Positions 9,323 through 18,961 of a stretch of DNA of 49,189 nt are shown piece by piece. Within the stretch, counting starts at the first letter, position 1; each line of letters starts with the position of its first letter. The stretch lies in assembly GCA_048882385.1 (NCBI GenBank), contig JBHLRQ010000013.1, forward strand, positions 1 to 49,189, in the 5' to 3' direction. The position numbers and the translations under genes are program-made. The stretch is from Candidatus Thorarchaeota archaeon (GTDB lineage Archaea > Asgardarchaeota > Thorarchaeia > Thorarchaeales > Thorarchaeaceae). Below the pieces are notes generated by a model. It ran no database searches. It was not told where the DNA came from and was given only the letters and a program-made list of their open reading frames with translations.

Positions 9323-10483
9323 TTAGTCGTACTTGCATACCACTGAATTCAATCTCTCCAAGGTTGCTATTGCCATCTCTGGACCATGCTTCCAGTCCCA
9401 TGGTCCGAAACCGCACTCGGGACCAGCAAATGGAATCCGTTCCACTCCGTAAAGGTCGACTGTTTGATGAAGGTTTTTCTCCATCTCAGAGGTTGGCTGC
9501 AAATAAGGTTCATAATTGCCTGAGAAAATCTCCTGCCAGCTTGCCTTGACATCAGAATCATCGTCAAATGTAGGACCATCCGTCCTGACAACTGCAGCTC
9601 TGACGAACTTATCATAGTTCTCTAGCCATTGACGTTTGACATAGACACCGACATGAGCTTCTATCAGGTTCCACTTTGCCTGAAACAACGCCTCAAACGG
9701 TGACCGATGTAAATGAATTCCTTTGTAGATGCTCGATGGTATTTCACTGTATATTCTATTCCAGCATGAAATCATATGATTCAAATTACGGTCAGAGGCA
9801 GAATCAGTAAAGAAATCTCCCAACCCCTCAAAACCAATTGTAGGTTCATCCAGTGTAACAATTTCTATTGAAAGATGTTTTGAGTTGACGATTGCACTCT
9901 GAGCATAACCTTTCACGACTTCAGTGAAGAACTCCATTAGCTTCTCATCATATGTTCGTGGAAAGTCTGCAAGTCGTTGTAAGTTCAGTGACAATTCTAG
10001 TGGTCCTGTAATGCAAGCTTTGTAAGAAATTCTCTCCACTCCAAGCTCTTCACAGATTTGTTTTGCATCATGCTGCAAAGCAGAAACTTCTGCAAATACA
10101 ACTCCCTCACGTGAGAGGGGAACTTTCCCAATGGCGATAGCAGCTGCAAGAGTTTGGCTATCTGTCTTTGAAATTTCATTGAAACTAATTTTCTCATCAG
10201 ACTCGAACTCTGTAACTCCTTTGGCACGGTGTGTTTCCGGTAGCAGGAATTGAGAAATCATTCCTCTGCACTGTGCATAACTTGTGACTGCATTTTGAGG
10301 TCCAAGGGCTCTTGCTTTACTTAGGAACGTTTCATTGTGTTTAGTGATAAAATACTGAGTATCTTCAGTTGCGATGTTTCCAGAGTTCATTTCTAGCTCG
10401 TGAGCACCTTTTAGATACCTATCGAGATTAGCATCTAATGGGAAGCTGCCTACATCTGTTAATCTAATAGAATCTGCTTTCAT
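9323..10483 (-). CDS. Cobalamin-independent methionine synthase (MetE) catalytic-domain-like / URO-D fold methyltransferase
   Basis: VGSFP, TGPLEL, LDEP, IHLH and GPECG motifs. Confidence 0.7.
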   Translation of the reverse strand: MKADSIRLTDVGSFPLDANLDRYLKGAHELEMNSGNIATEDTQYFITKHNETFLSKARALGPQNAVTSYAQCRGMISQFLLPETHRAKGVTEFESDEKISFNEISKTDSQTLAAAIAIGKVPLSREGVVFAEVSALQHDAKQICEELGVERISYKACITGPLELSLNLQRLADFPRTYDEKLMEFFTEVVKGYAQSAIVNSKHLSIEIVTLDEPTIGFEGLGDFFTDSASDRNLNHMISCWNRIYSEIPSSIYKGIHLHRSPFEALFQAKWNLIEAHVGVYVKRQWLENYDKFVRAAVVRTDGPTFDDDSDVKASWQEIFSGNYEPYLQPTSEMEKNLHQTVDLYGVERIPFAGPECGFGPWDWKHGPEMAIATLERLNSVVCKYD

Positions 10484-10543
10484 AGGATAGTTCTATTAGT
10501 TAGTCTATTGCTTGAAAAGAATTTACTATTGGTCAATTCTGTT

Positions 10544-11152
10544 TCACGGGCTTCTTTTTACCTTCTTTGGAAAGAACATCCCTACTCTTTCACGGTACTC
10601 TTTGTAGGCATCACCATATCTGAGGATCAGATCACGTTCCTCAACCACTACCATATAGTAGAAGACTGGAAACCAGACAAACGCGAAGAGAAACAGGAAC
10701 GTGCGATTCAGAATCAATGCAAGGATGTGACCAACCCAGACTTCTCCGAGTGACTGCGGATGTCGTACTGTGTTGTATATCCCCCCGTACATCTTGTGCT
10801 CTTTCTTCGGTCTGAAGGTTTCTTCTCCCGCATCCCTTACACCGATAGCCATGAAGGCAAACGATGGAACTGCAATGATAATTGCTAGAATCAAGGATAT
10901 TGAATAATCCCAGGGCAACTCATTCGGAATCGGAAGAGGTAGTGGATAGAAGACATAGACCACATATGAGATGAAGAAGATACCGAAAGGTATGGATGCG
11001 TAGAGGCGATATCTCTCACATTTCTCGTAGGCAATCTCCCCAATCTTTTGTTCCAATTTGGCAGGTTGTACACTCTTGATATAGAAGTATAGACTCGTTA
11101 TCGTGCTTATTATTAGTAGGAGTAAATTCAACCACTCAATCAATTGGTTCAC
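10544..11152 (-). CDS. Isoprenylcysteine carboxyl methyltransferase / PEMT family membrane protein
   Basis: GIYNTVRHPQ and EERDLILRYGDAYKEYRERV motifs. Confidence 0.85.
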   Translation of the reverse strand: MNQLIEWLNLLLLIISTITSLYFYIKSVQPAKLEQKIGEIAYEKCERYRLYASIPFGIFFISYVVYVFYPLPLPIPNELPWDYSISLILAIIIAVPSFAFMAIGVRDAGEETFRPKKEHKMYGGIYNTVRHPQSLGEVWVGHILALILNRTFLFLFAFVWFPVFYYMVVVEERDLILRYGDAYKEYRERVGMFFPKKVKRSP

Positions 11153-11314
11153 CCCTTGAATTGGTTAGATTGAAGAATATAGGTCAAACGGTCCAAAAAA
11201 CCATATCATCCAAGTATTGAGAAATCCACTAAACAAAGCAATTGCTTATTTGAAAATTATACATAATCTACTGGGATGCATTCATGTATCCCGTCGTTGA
11301 AGGTAAGGATTCAC

Positions 11315-11563
11315 ATGGAGATAAGGAAGAGAAGTGGTTCGACTGAGGTTTTCATGCCCGAGAAGGTTGTCGTCAGCGCTGTGAAGTGTGGCTGTTCCTA
11401 TGATACAGCTCGTGAGATTGCTAGTTCTCTGTCTGCAAGATCCGAGAGTGTTTTGGAGAGCTCAGAAGTCCGTGAATACGTTCTTTCAGAGCTTCGTTCG
11501 AGAGGTGAAACAGCAGCCGCTGATTCTTGGGAGTCATATGACAAAGAGAAGAAAGGCCGATAA
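11315..11563 (+). CDS. Stand-alone ATP-cone domain protein
   Basis: MEIRKRSGSTEVFMPEKV...SSEVREYVLSEL matches the ATP-cone pattern; start placed at ATG 11315. Confidence 0.8.
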   Translation: MEIRKRSGSTEVFMPEKVVVSAVKCGCSYDTAREIASSLSARSESVLESSEVREYVLSELRSRGETAAADSWESYDKEKKGR

Positions 11564-11690
11564 ATCATTGTCAATAGATATGTACTACCTATGAAGTGAA
11601 ACGAGAACAAGAGTCAGTCACTTGGCATTTGCCAATCAGTAAGTATAGATGATAGACCGTTTCTCAAAAAGACTCTGCTGCTGTGGTATT

Positions 11691-12431
11691 ATGAATGAGA
11701 AGTCAATTGATTACGACAAGGTGTCAAGGGTCTACGACAATGTGCGAGTGGGGGATCCTGAGATGGTTCATCAGATTCTACAAGGTGTCCACCTTGATGA
11801 TAGTTCACTGGTCCTAGATGTAGGATGTGGCACAGGGAACAACACATTGCTTCTTGGACAAGCAACGCAAGCTAGAATTGTTGGTCTTGACATATCTTAT
11901 GGAATGCTTGAGAAAGCTCGCGAGAAGATGAAACACGTTCCATTGGTTCAAGCACCTGCTGATTGTCTCCCCTTTAGAAACAATGTCTTTCACTTTACAT
12001 ACATGACTGAGGTTATACATCACATTTCTACTCCCCGCACTTCAATCCAGGATATATATAGAGTTCTTACTACAGATGGAGCGCTTTGTATAGTCACACA
12101 GTCTCACGAACAAATAGATGGTCGAATGACATCAAGATTTTTTCCAGCCTCAGCAAAGGTGGATAAGGAACGCTACCCTGATATCGATGTTATTGAGAAA
12201 TATATGAGCTCTGCGGGTTTCAGCAGAGTTACTATACAGGATTACAAGTTCAGACCAACTCAACTTGGTGAGGACTATTTGGAAACAGTTCAAAATCGTG
12301 GGTATTCTATGCTTCACAAAATCAGCAATGAGGACTATGAAAGAGGACTCCAAGAATTACAAATTGCTTTTGCTCGCGGTGAGAAACTCGCCTATTCTGC
12401 AGGCTACTCCTTTGTATGGGGTTTCAAGTAG
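11691..12431 (+). CDS. Class I SAM-dependent methyltransferase
   Basis: VLDVGCGTG, GLDIS..ML and LPF motifs. Confidence 0.92.
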   Translation: MNEKSIDYDKVSRVYDNVRVGDPEMVHQILQGVHLDDSSLVLDVGCGTGNNTLLLGQATQARIVGLDISYGMLEKAREKMKHVPLVQAPADCLPFRNNVFHFTYMTEVIHHISTPRTSIQDIYRVLTTDGALCIVTQSHEQIDGRMTSRFFPASAKVDKERYPDIDVIEKYMSSAGFSRVTIQDYKFRPTQLGEDYLETVQNRGYSMLHKISNEDYERGLQELQIAFARGEKLAYSAGYSFVWGFK

Positions 12432-12433
12432 TA

Positions 12434-12778
12434 TCATTCAACAACAATCTTGACAGTACACTCGCTCTCAACCTCAAAGCGGAGGAGAACACGTACTGTC
12501 AATCGTGTGGAACCTAGTCTGAGTGCTTTGAAGAACCACTTTCCTCTCTCTGCATCTCCGCCTGTCCACTCTGGTTTCTTCATTTTTTCAATGTGAATGT
12601 ACTCGGTTTCGGTTCTCTCGTGTGTGATGACTTCTTTATTTTCTATCTCAAACTCAGCATCCTCACCCACGGATCCGTGACGATGAAATGCGTAATAGAC
12701 AGTTTCACCAACAGACAGTCTCTCGGTACTATCTTCTCCTTCACATTTTATCTGCCTAATGTCCATAGAATTTTCCAT
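12434..12778 (-). CDS. Small Ig-like protein, possibly chagasin/I42-like
   Basis: L.VGE start and GG...WFFKA...G.T.L pattern; lacks the canonical NPTTG. Confidence 0.45.
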   Translation of the reverse strand: MENSMDIRQIKCEGEDSTERLSVGETVYYAFHRHGSVGEDAEFEIENKEVITHERTETEYIHIEKMKKPEWTGGDAERGKWFFKALRLGSTRLTVRVLLRFEVESECTVKIVVE

Positions 12779-12780
12779 TC

Positions 12781-13548
12781 TTACTCACCTAGTTTCTGTG
12801 CAATTGTCTTCTTACCTTTTATGCTTCTATAGACGATGAATGCCACGATCAATCCAATGACTCCACCTGTCGCAATTATGAGAAGAGTGGTCAGCTGAAT
12901 GTCCCCTCCTATTATTGTGGGCATTCCTGGATACCAATGAACAAAGACAACATCGATTATGTCCGTTCCCAAAGTTGTGTATCTGTGCCTGAGATAGGTT
13001 AGAGTACCGTTCTCCTTCTCATATCGCATTTCTAGTCGTACTTCAACTGTACTACCATCTCCACCACCAAAATATCCTACACCAATTGTTCCCCACTCCT
13101 CATCCGTATCTACTAGTGTAAGGCTTGGAGTTTCTGTCACATTGTTGATTTCTGTTAGGAAGTCCCAGTCTCCTATTGGAAGAACCAGATTCGGTATGTC
13201 AGATATTATGAGTGATGAATCATTGTAATTTCTTAGGTTGCAGTATGAATATGGAAGATCTGTTGTTTCATTTATTGTGCTAATAATTGGACCTATAGAT
13301 GAAATCTCTAGAATCACCTTTTCTCCTGGTTCAACGTCAGCTAGGAATGGGATCTGGGATTCCATTAACACTCTATTGTTTGCATCAGAGTAGTACTCAC
13401 GCTGAAGTACATAGGTGAACTCTTCTCCGACACTTACTCCCCACACAAGTGAATGATTTGTTTGTGCAATTACAGGGGTCAGTATTGGAACATAGAGAAT
13501 CGCAATGACTAACATCAGGGCGGAGAGTCTTGATTTCATCACAACCAT
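12781..13548 (-). CDS. Secreted, C-terminally membrane-anchored hypothetical protein (paralogue of 7356-8069)
   Basis: Signal peptide, WGVSVGEEFTY, LPIGDW, C-terminal TM plus basic tail. Confidence 0.8.
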   Translation of the reverse strand: MVVMKSRLSALMLVIAILYVPILTPVIAQTNHSLVWGVSVGEEFTYVLQREYYSDANNRVLMESQIPFLADVEPGEKVILEISSIGPIISTINETTDLPYSYCNLRNYNDSSLIISDIPNLVLPIGDWDFLTEINNVTETPSLTLVDTDEEWGTIGVGYFGGGDGSTVEVRLEMRYEKENGTLTYLRHRYTTLGTDIIDVVFVHWYPGMPTIIGGDIQLTTLLIIATGGVIGLIVAFIVYRSIKGKKTIAQKLGE

Positions 13549-13593
13549 CGTTCATGCCCTTGAGTGTAATGAAGGTATTCATCTATGATGTTT

Positions 13594-14322
13594 CTAGAAT
13601 ATCTCCAAGAGGTCCTCTATATGCTCAATCACTATTGCATCTGAATTAACTAGATCTACTTCTTGTGTGTCAATCCATGTCAAGAGTACCGGGAGCATTC
13701 CAGCTCTACTGGCAGCCTCAATATCATACTTCACAACATTCCCGACATATGCACACTTGTGAGGATTAATACCCAGCTGTTGGGAGATTCGAACAAGCAT
13801 GTATGGGGATGGTTTTCGATATCCTGGTACATTAGTATATTCTATCGAATCGAAAAAGTGGTAGATTGAACTCTTTTTCAGCACTTCAGCAGGGTCTCCA
13901 AATCTGTTTGAAGCCACACCTAGTCTGAAACCGCGTTCATCAAGCTTCTGAAGACATTCTTTACATCCTTCCATTAGTTCGGGAACTGCCGTTGATTGAA
14001 ACTCATCCCATTTTGCTTGGTACTTCTTCACTACTTCTATATCATGGACTCCAAGTTCAGCGAGAAGCAGTTTGTCGTATTCAATCCATTCGTCGTAACT
14101 TGGGACCCAGTGTGGACCTACCTGTTTCTCAATCATATAGTTTGAGAGCCACTCATCGGGTCCTTTTGTTGCTTCGATAATCTCCAAATCCGGAAAGTCA
14201 CGTCTTTCGTCGATATCAATCTCTGTTAGAAAATCCCGAGTGAGCCCACACATGTCAGAAACCGGTCTGAAGAGAGTTCCCCCAAGATCAAAGATCAATG
14301 CCTCGATGCCTTCAATCTTCAT
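13594..14322 (-). CDS. HAD-superfamily hydrolase
   Basis: FDLGGTL, ASN, KPSP and YVGN...DI motifs. Confidence 0.9.
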   Translation of the reverse strand: MKIEGIEALIFDLGGTLFRPVSDMCGLTRDFLTEIDIDERRDFPDLEIIEATKGPDEWLSNYMIEKQVGPHWVPSYDEWIEYDKLLLAELGVHDIEVVKKYQAKWDEFQSTAVPELMEGCKECLQKLDERGFRLGVASNRFGDPAEVLKKSSIYHFFDSIEYTNVPGYRKPSPYMLVRISQQLGINPHKCAYVGNVVKYDIEAASRAGMLPVLLTWIDTQEVDLVNSDAIVIEHIEDLLEIF

Positions 14323-14390
14323 TAAACTCGACTTCCTGCGTAATAGTCAGTCATCTCAACTCTTTTCAATGTATAACATTGTGAATCACT

Positions 14391-15545
14391 ATGGACCCAG
14401 TTGATGAATCTCTAAGAGCAGTGGATAAACATCTTAAGAGTAATCCTGACGACCCTTCTGCATGGAATGCAAAAGGCGTTTTTCTAGCTCAGAAACGTGA
14501 GTTTGGAGAAGCGATCAGATGTTTAGACCGTGCCCTAAGTCTTCAACCAGATTTTGGTCAAGCTCATGCAAATCGGGGTAGAGTACTTTTAGCTCTAGGA
14601 CCAGGAAAAGCTGGTGATGCCCTTCAGTCAATCGAGAACGCATTGAAACAGACACCAGATGATATTGAGATACTTCGTGACAAAGCTGCAGCATTGCATG
14701 TTCTTGGAAGAACAGAAGACGAGCTTGCATCCTATCGAAGGATGAGTGAGCTTGCGCCGAATGAATGGGGTGTTTGGGTCCGAATTGGTGATATTGAGCT
14801 CGAACTTGGTAACTTCGATATTTCCATTGCTAGCTATGACAAAGCAATTGCACTCAAGGATGATCTTGTTCCAGCATTCATCCGTCGCTCAATTGCTCTA
14901 GTGATGGTCGAACGCTGGAACGATGCCATACGATCTGCTGAAGCCGCTACAAAACTAGACCCTGAAAACTCTGAAGCTTGGCTCATTCGCGGAGATGTAA
15001 ATCTCCGAGCAGGAAAACACAAGTCTGCTATGAAAGCTCTGAAAAAAGCATCTGAACTCGATCCTGAAGATGCTGCTGTGGAGAACACCATGGGAATGGT
15101 AGCATACAAAGATGGGAATCTGAGGGACGCGGTCAAGCATCTTAGGAGAGCTCTCATCAGGAAGAGGAATTATCCTGCAGCAATCAGAAATTTGGGTCTA
15201 ATTCTGATGGAGTTGGAGGATTGGGATGAGGCAGCTAAGGCATTTTCAGAATATACTCTTCTTGTCAAGAACGATCCTGATATGTTCGACGCGAAAGCAA
15301 CAGCGTATGCGCGACTTGACGATTTCTGTAGCGCAGAAGAAGCTTGGAAACAAGCACGGAAACTATACAAGAAATCTGGAAACACCGCTGAAGTGGACCG
15401 TGTCACTGCTCTCGGACGTGCTGCTCGGATTAACTGCTCAAGACAGAAGAAAGCTGCAAAAGAACAGCGCGAACAGGAAAAATCACAACGGCGTTTCACA
15501 GACAGACATGAACTCAGAAGGAAGAAGACACGTAGTAAGAAGTGA
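14391..15545 (+). CDS. Tetratricopeptide repeat protein
   Basis: About 9 TPR-like repeats (AW..KG...A..L.P); basic C-terminal tail. Confidence 0.9.
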   Translation: MDPVDESLRAVDKHLKSNPDDPSAWNAKGVFLAQKREFGEAIRCLDRALSLQPDFGQAHANRGRVLLALGPGKAGDALQSIENALKQTPDDIEILRDKAAALHVLGRTEDELASYRRMSELAPNEWGVWVRIGDIELELGNFDISIASYDKAIALKDDLVPAFIRRSIALVMVERWNDAIRSAEAATKLDPENSEAWLIRGDVNLRAGKHKSAMKALKKASELDPEDAAVENTMGMVAYKDGNLRDAVKHLRRALIRKRNYPAAIRNLGLILMELEDWDEAAKAFSEYTLLVKNDPDMFDAKATAYARLDDFCSAEEAWKQARKLYKKSGNTAEVDRVTALGRAARINCSRQKKAAKEQREQEKSQRRFTDRHELRRKKTRSKK

Positions 15546-15546
15546 T

Positions 15547-15876
15547 TCAGTAATCTGCGAATCTAAAAGCCTCATCAGCTCCAGCGAAGTCTCCGAGTTT
15601 TGTAAGAACGTTTCCAAGCTTTCTCCACGCTTCTCTATGAACTGGTAGTAGCTTGATTGCAGCACGATATGCCGCAGCGGCAGCCTGGTCGTATCCTTTC
15701 CGCTCTAACAAACTGCCATAGTATACCCATCCATCAATATCATCAGGTCTTGCGATCAAAAACTGCCCCATCATATCGAGGACCAGTGATGGAATTAGGG
15801 GAACCACAATTGCAAGGAATATCATTACTCCAATTATTACTACAATATGAACCATAGCATGAATGTATTCTATCAA
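15547..15876 (-). CDS. Small membrane-anchored TPR protein
   Basis: N-terminal TM helix plus two TPR motifs. Confidence 0.75.
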   Translation of the reverse strand: MIEYIHAMVHIVVIIGVMIFLAIVVPLIPSLVLDMMGQFLIARPDDIDGWVYYGSLLERKGYDQAAAAAYRAAIKLLPVHREAWRKLGNVLTKLGDFAGADEAFRFADY

Positions 15877-16689
15877 TCACTTTTCTGCTTTGTCAAACAG
15901 CACTGAATTCAGGAAAATGTCAATTCCAAATCTTCCCGTTGTGTGTTCGAGATACCACGGTCCTTCCAACCCTAGTGACTTTTGAATCTCCGGAATTGCT
16001 TTGCCCTCTTCGTGTAGTTTCTTGATCTTCACCTGAATGTCTTTGAGAAAATCAATTCTAGCTTGGACATGTTCCTTTGGTGATGTGATTGGTCCTCTGT
16101 GAGCGTCGAAGAGTATCTCAATGTCCATTTTTGCAATCTTCTCCAAGGTTTCTACCATTAGAGGAATATTCTCATCAGGCATTCCAATTACTTTTCTTGA
16201 AGGAACTGGGACGGCATCGGCTGAAAACAACCATTTACGATTAGGTTCATAGAATCCAACCATTTGCTGTCCGTGACCAGGGAGTGGTACTACATCAAAC
16301 TCAAAGTTTCCAACCGTGAAATGTAGAGGCATTTTCTCCACATCCGCAATTGGTTTTGGCTGTCCCCAAACAAAGTCAAAGAACTCTGGAATCTTCGGAG
16401 GATTCTTGATGATTTCAATGTCTGACTCTATAGCGTATATCTTTGAGTGTGACACGAATGCAGAACATCCTCCATAATGGTCCTCATGTGCATGACTGAC
16501 ATAGATTCTGTTGACCTCCGTTTCTGCTGCAAATTTCTCAATGTCATCGAGAGCGTTTGCACATCCTGCATCAAAGAGAGTGTCTTCAATTAGATACGCA
16601 ATAGCCCACATGATCGGATGTCCGTCTTCCATCGCAGTCGAGGTCTTAATAAGAGTCACTTCATCGTTGTAAGGTTCCACTTCAAACAT
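15877..16689 (-). CDS. MBL-fold metallo-hydrolase
   Basis: SHAHEDHYGG, PGH, FSAD and AH motifs. Confidence 0.9.
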   Translation of the reverse strand: MFEVEPYNDEVTLIKTSTAMEDGHPIMWAIAYLIEDTLFDAGCANALDDIEKFAAETEVNRIYVSHAHEDHYGGCSAFVSHSKIYAIESDIEIIKNPPKIPEFFDFVWGQPKPIADVEKMPLHFTVGNFEFDVVPLPGHGQQMVGFYEPNRKWLFSADAVPVPSRKVIGMPDENIPLMVETLEKIAKMDIEILFDAHRGPITSPKEHVQARIDFLKDIQVKIKKLHEEGKAIPEIQKSLGLEGPWYLEHTTGRFGIDIFLNSVLFDKAEK

Positions 16690-16732
16690 GAATCAACTCG
16701 AAACATTACACAACTTGTTTCCTTCGGTATAG

Positions 16733-17863
16733 CTATGCCTTGGCTTCATCCTCTACAAGTATCGGAGGTGCGAAATTCCTGAGTCGTTTCAACGCCAGAA
16801 CCTTGTCTTGTCTTCCCACCTTGGAATCTCTCAGTGCTTGCTCCATGAAATCAATTGCGACATCATACTCTTTACGTGGAACTGGGAATGGTACTCCGTC
16901 TTTTCCACCAAATGCAAAGCACATTCTGACTGGGTCCGCCCATGAAGGAGCAGAACCAAAGATCATTTCGGATATAAGAGAGAGTCCCCGTACAGTGGCT
17001 GGACCAATTCCATCCATGAAGAGGAGGCTTTCATAATCTTCGGGTTGGGTTTCATATGCTCTTCGTACAGCATTCCAGTCCATTCTATTCGGGACCACCT
17101 TGTAAGCTGGAAGCCCTTGAGAAGAATCATTTTCTTCTATCCAAGGTAGCAATGTTGACTCCCCATATGATTTGATATTTTCAAAATACCTTCGAACCCT
17201 TACTGGATCTTCCTTAACAATATCAACAGATGTCTTGCGACAATCTTGAGAATCCTTTGAAGTCATGTCGAGTGTTGAGTCTTTCACACGCCCTGAGATG
17301 AGACCTGAATGAGGCTCATCTATGAAACTGTCAATCTCAAATGAAGTCCAATGATATCGCCTTGCATCATTACTTTTGAAGTCCATTCCCTGTTGAACAA
17401 CTGTCCAGTTCTCATCTGAATCTACAAAGAAAACGTGCTGGTATAGCTGGTATCCATCCTGCACTCCTGCATTGTCTACCTTTGCCACAGCTTTACTGAT
17501 TTCAATAAGACCCGTCCCATCAATCCCATAATCCTCAAGGGCTCTTAGCTTTTCAGGCACCTTTCTAGAAGCAGCTCCTTTCCCACCAACTCCCACCATG
17601 CTATGATTTTCAAATGTAAGGGCTGATTTCAAAACACCACATGTCACAGTAGTGGATCCAGAGCTATCCCAATCGTATCCTAGTACATTTGAAAGGGCTT
17701 GAAACCAGACTGGATCTGAGAGCCTTCTCAAAAGCTCTGCAGTTCCGAACTCATCTACGATGAACTCACAGAGCGCACTGGCCATCGGAATCATCCGCTT
17801 CACTAGCCAATGTGGGGCTTTTCCTGGATGCAGCTTAAGATCTGCAACACCACCTCTCTTCAC
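16733..17863 (-). CDS. DUF763 family protein
   Basis: G.ADL.LH.G.AP.WL, DWDSSGSTT, VQQGM and FAFGGKDGVPFPV motifs. Confidence 0.88.
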   Translation of the reverse strand: MKRGGVADLKLHPGKAPHWLVKRMIPMASALCEFIVDEFGTAELLRRLSDPVWFQALSNVLGYDWDSSGSTTVTCGVLKSALTFENHSMVGVGGKGAASRKVPEKLRALEDYGIDGTGLIEISKAVAKVDNAGVQDGYQLYQHVFFVDSDENWTVVQQGMDFKSNDARRYHWTSFEIDSFIDEPHSGLISGRVKDSTLDMTSKDSQDCRKTSVDIVKEDPVRVRRYFENIKSYGESTLLPWIEENDSSQGLPAYKVVPNRMDWNAVRRAYETQPEDYESLLFMDGIGPATVRGLSLISEMIFGSAPSWADPVRMCFAFGGKDGVPFPVPRKEYDVAIDFMEQALRDSKVGRQDKVLALKRLRNFAPPILVEDEAKA

Positions 17864-17919
17864 TTAGACAGCTCCAAAATTAAGTTCAACACTTGCATAG
17901 ATAAAGGACCCAAAATTAG

Positions 17920-18267
17920 CTACAGTGCTGCTCTCATCTTTTCAAGCCTCTGTCTTTGCTCATCTCCCATTTGCGCAAGCCACTCTTCGAGAGTATCACA
18001 TCCATAGTCATCACAGTGGGCACAGGTTTCTTCCCCACGTTTGCTTGCGCATGCTTTGACGCAACAAGATCCACAGAATTTTAACTTAGGCTCTCCATCA
18101 GTCTTGCATCCAACACAGTTGATGTCTTCTGCAGAAAGGGGATATTCGGGACTACTCCACTCTCTAGCCTGCTTCTCTCTAAGTTTGTCATCATCATTCT
18201 TCCATGCCAGATACGCTGGACACTCTGCACAGTCTAAGCCGCAATACGCTATCATGCTCTCGGTCAT
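17920..18267 (-). CDS. DUF3795 Cys-rich protein
   Basis: IAYCGLDCAECP...C.GC...CAHCDDY.C. Confidence 0.85.
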   Translation of the reverse strand: MTESMIAYCGLDCAECPAYLAWKNDDDKLREKQAREWSSPEYPLSAEDINCVGCKTDGEPKLKFCGSCCVKACASKRGEETCAHCDDYGCDTLEEWLAQMGDEQRQRLEKMRAAL

Positions 18268-18412
18268 GACTATCTATATGGACTAGTTGGAATAAAAGCT
18301 AAACAGATGTCCGAAACTATTCCAACAATTCCTATTTCGACAAATCTTTTATTCTCCGATAACTTAGATTATCTGTTGGTTCAATCCAGCGGCGTTTTAC
18401 AAACATATAGAG

Positions 18413-18961
18413 ATGATACTGGTGTCTGAGAATACTGAATGGGACAATGCAGTGGATTACAAGAAATTCCTGAAGAGTGCACGTGAGAATGTCGAACTCA
18501 TGAAGGCAAGATACGATGGGTTCCAAGTGACTGAACACGACGCAGACCTTCTTAGAAGTATTAAGAATAGCATTCGGATTCTCGTCATAGGTACAGACAG
18601 ATGCGATGACACTGCTGGGAACCTACCCCTCCTCGCAAAGATGGTTGAGTTCACACCAAAACTCGAGCTTAGAATTCTTGATAGTGACTCAAATGCTCGC
18701 TATCATCAAAACTTCAAGGTGAATGGTAAACGAAAGACGCCCGTAGTTCTCTTCCTAAACTCCAAATTAGAGGAGCTCTGTAGATGGGTTGAACGACCAA
18801 ATGCAGCTTACAAGATTATTAATGAAGGCACGAATCCATCACTGAATGGTCGAAAGAGTGGCTTGAAGAAGCTCTATAGTGATCCGGAGATTCAACAACG
18901 GAGCATGGGCGAATTCCTGGATCTCGTTCTACGTGCTGACTTCATACTAGGAAGAGCATGA
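18413..18961 (+). CDS. Thioredoxin-fold protein (Thioredoxin_9-like), single-Cys active site
   Basis: RCDDT at the CxxC position, cis-Pro TPV, RWVERP. Confidence 0.75.
   Translation: MILVSENTEWDNAVDYKKFLKSARENVELMKARYDGFQVTEHDADLLRSIKNSIRILVIGTDRCDDTAGNLPLLAKMVEFTPKLELRILDSDSNARYHQNFKVNGKRKTPVVLFLNSKLEELCRWVERPNAAYKIINEGTNPSLNGRKSGLKKLYSDPEIQQRSMGEFLDLVLRADFILGRA

Noticed and set aside
4873-11152. CAAX protease plus ICMT-like gene as a eukaryote-like prenylation pathway
   Set aside because: Both families are widespread in prokaryotes, the genes are 5 kb apart, and no prenyltransferase is present
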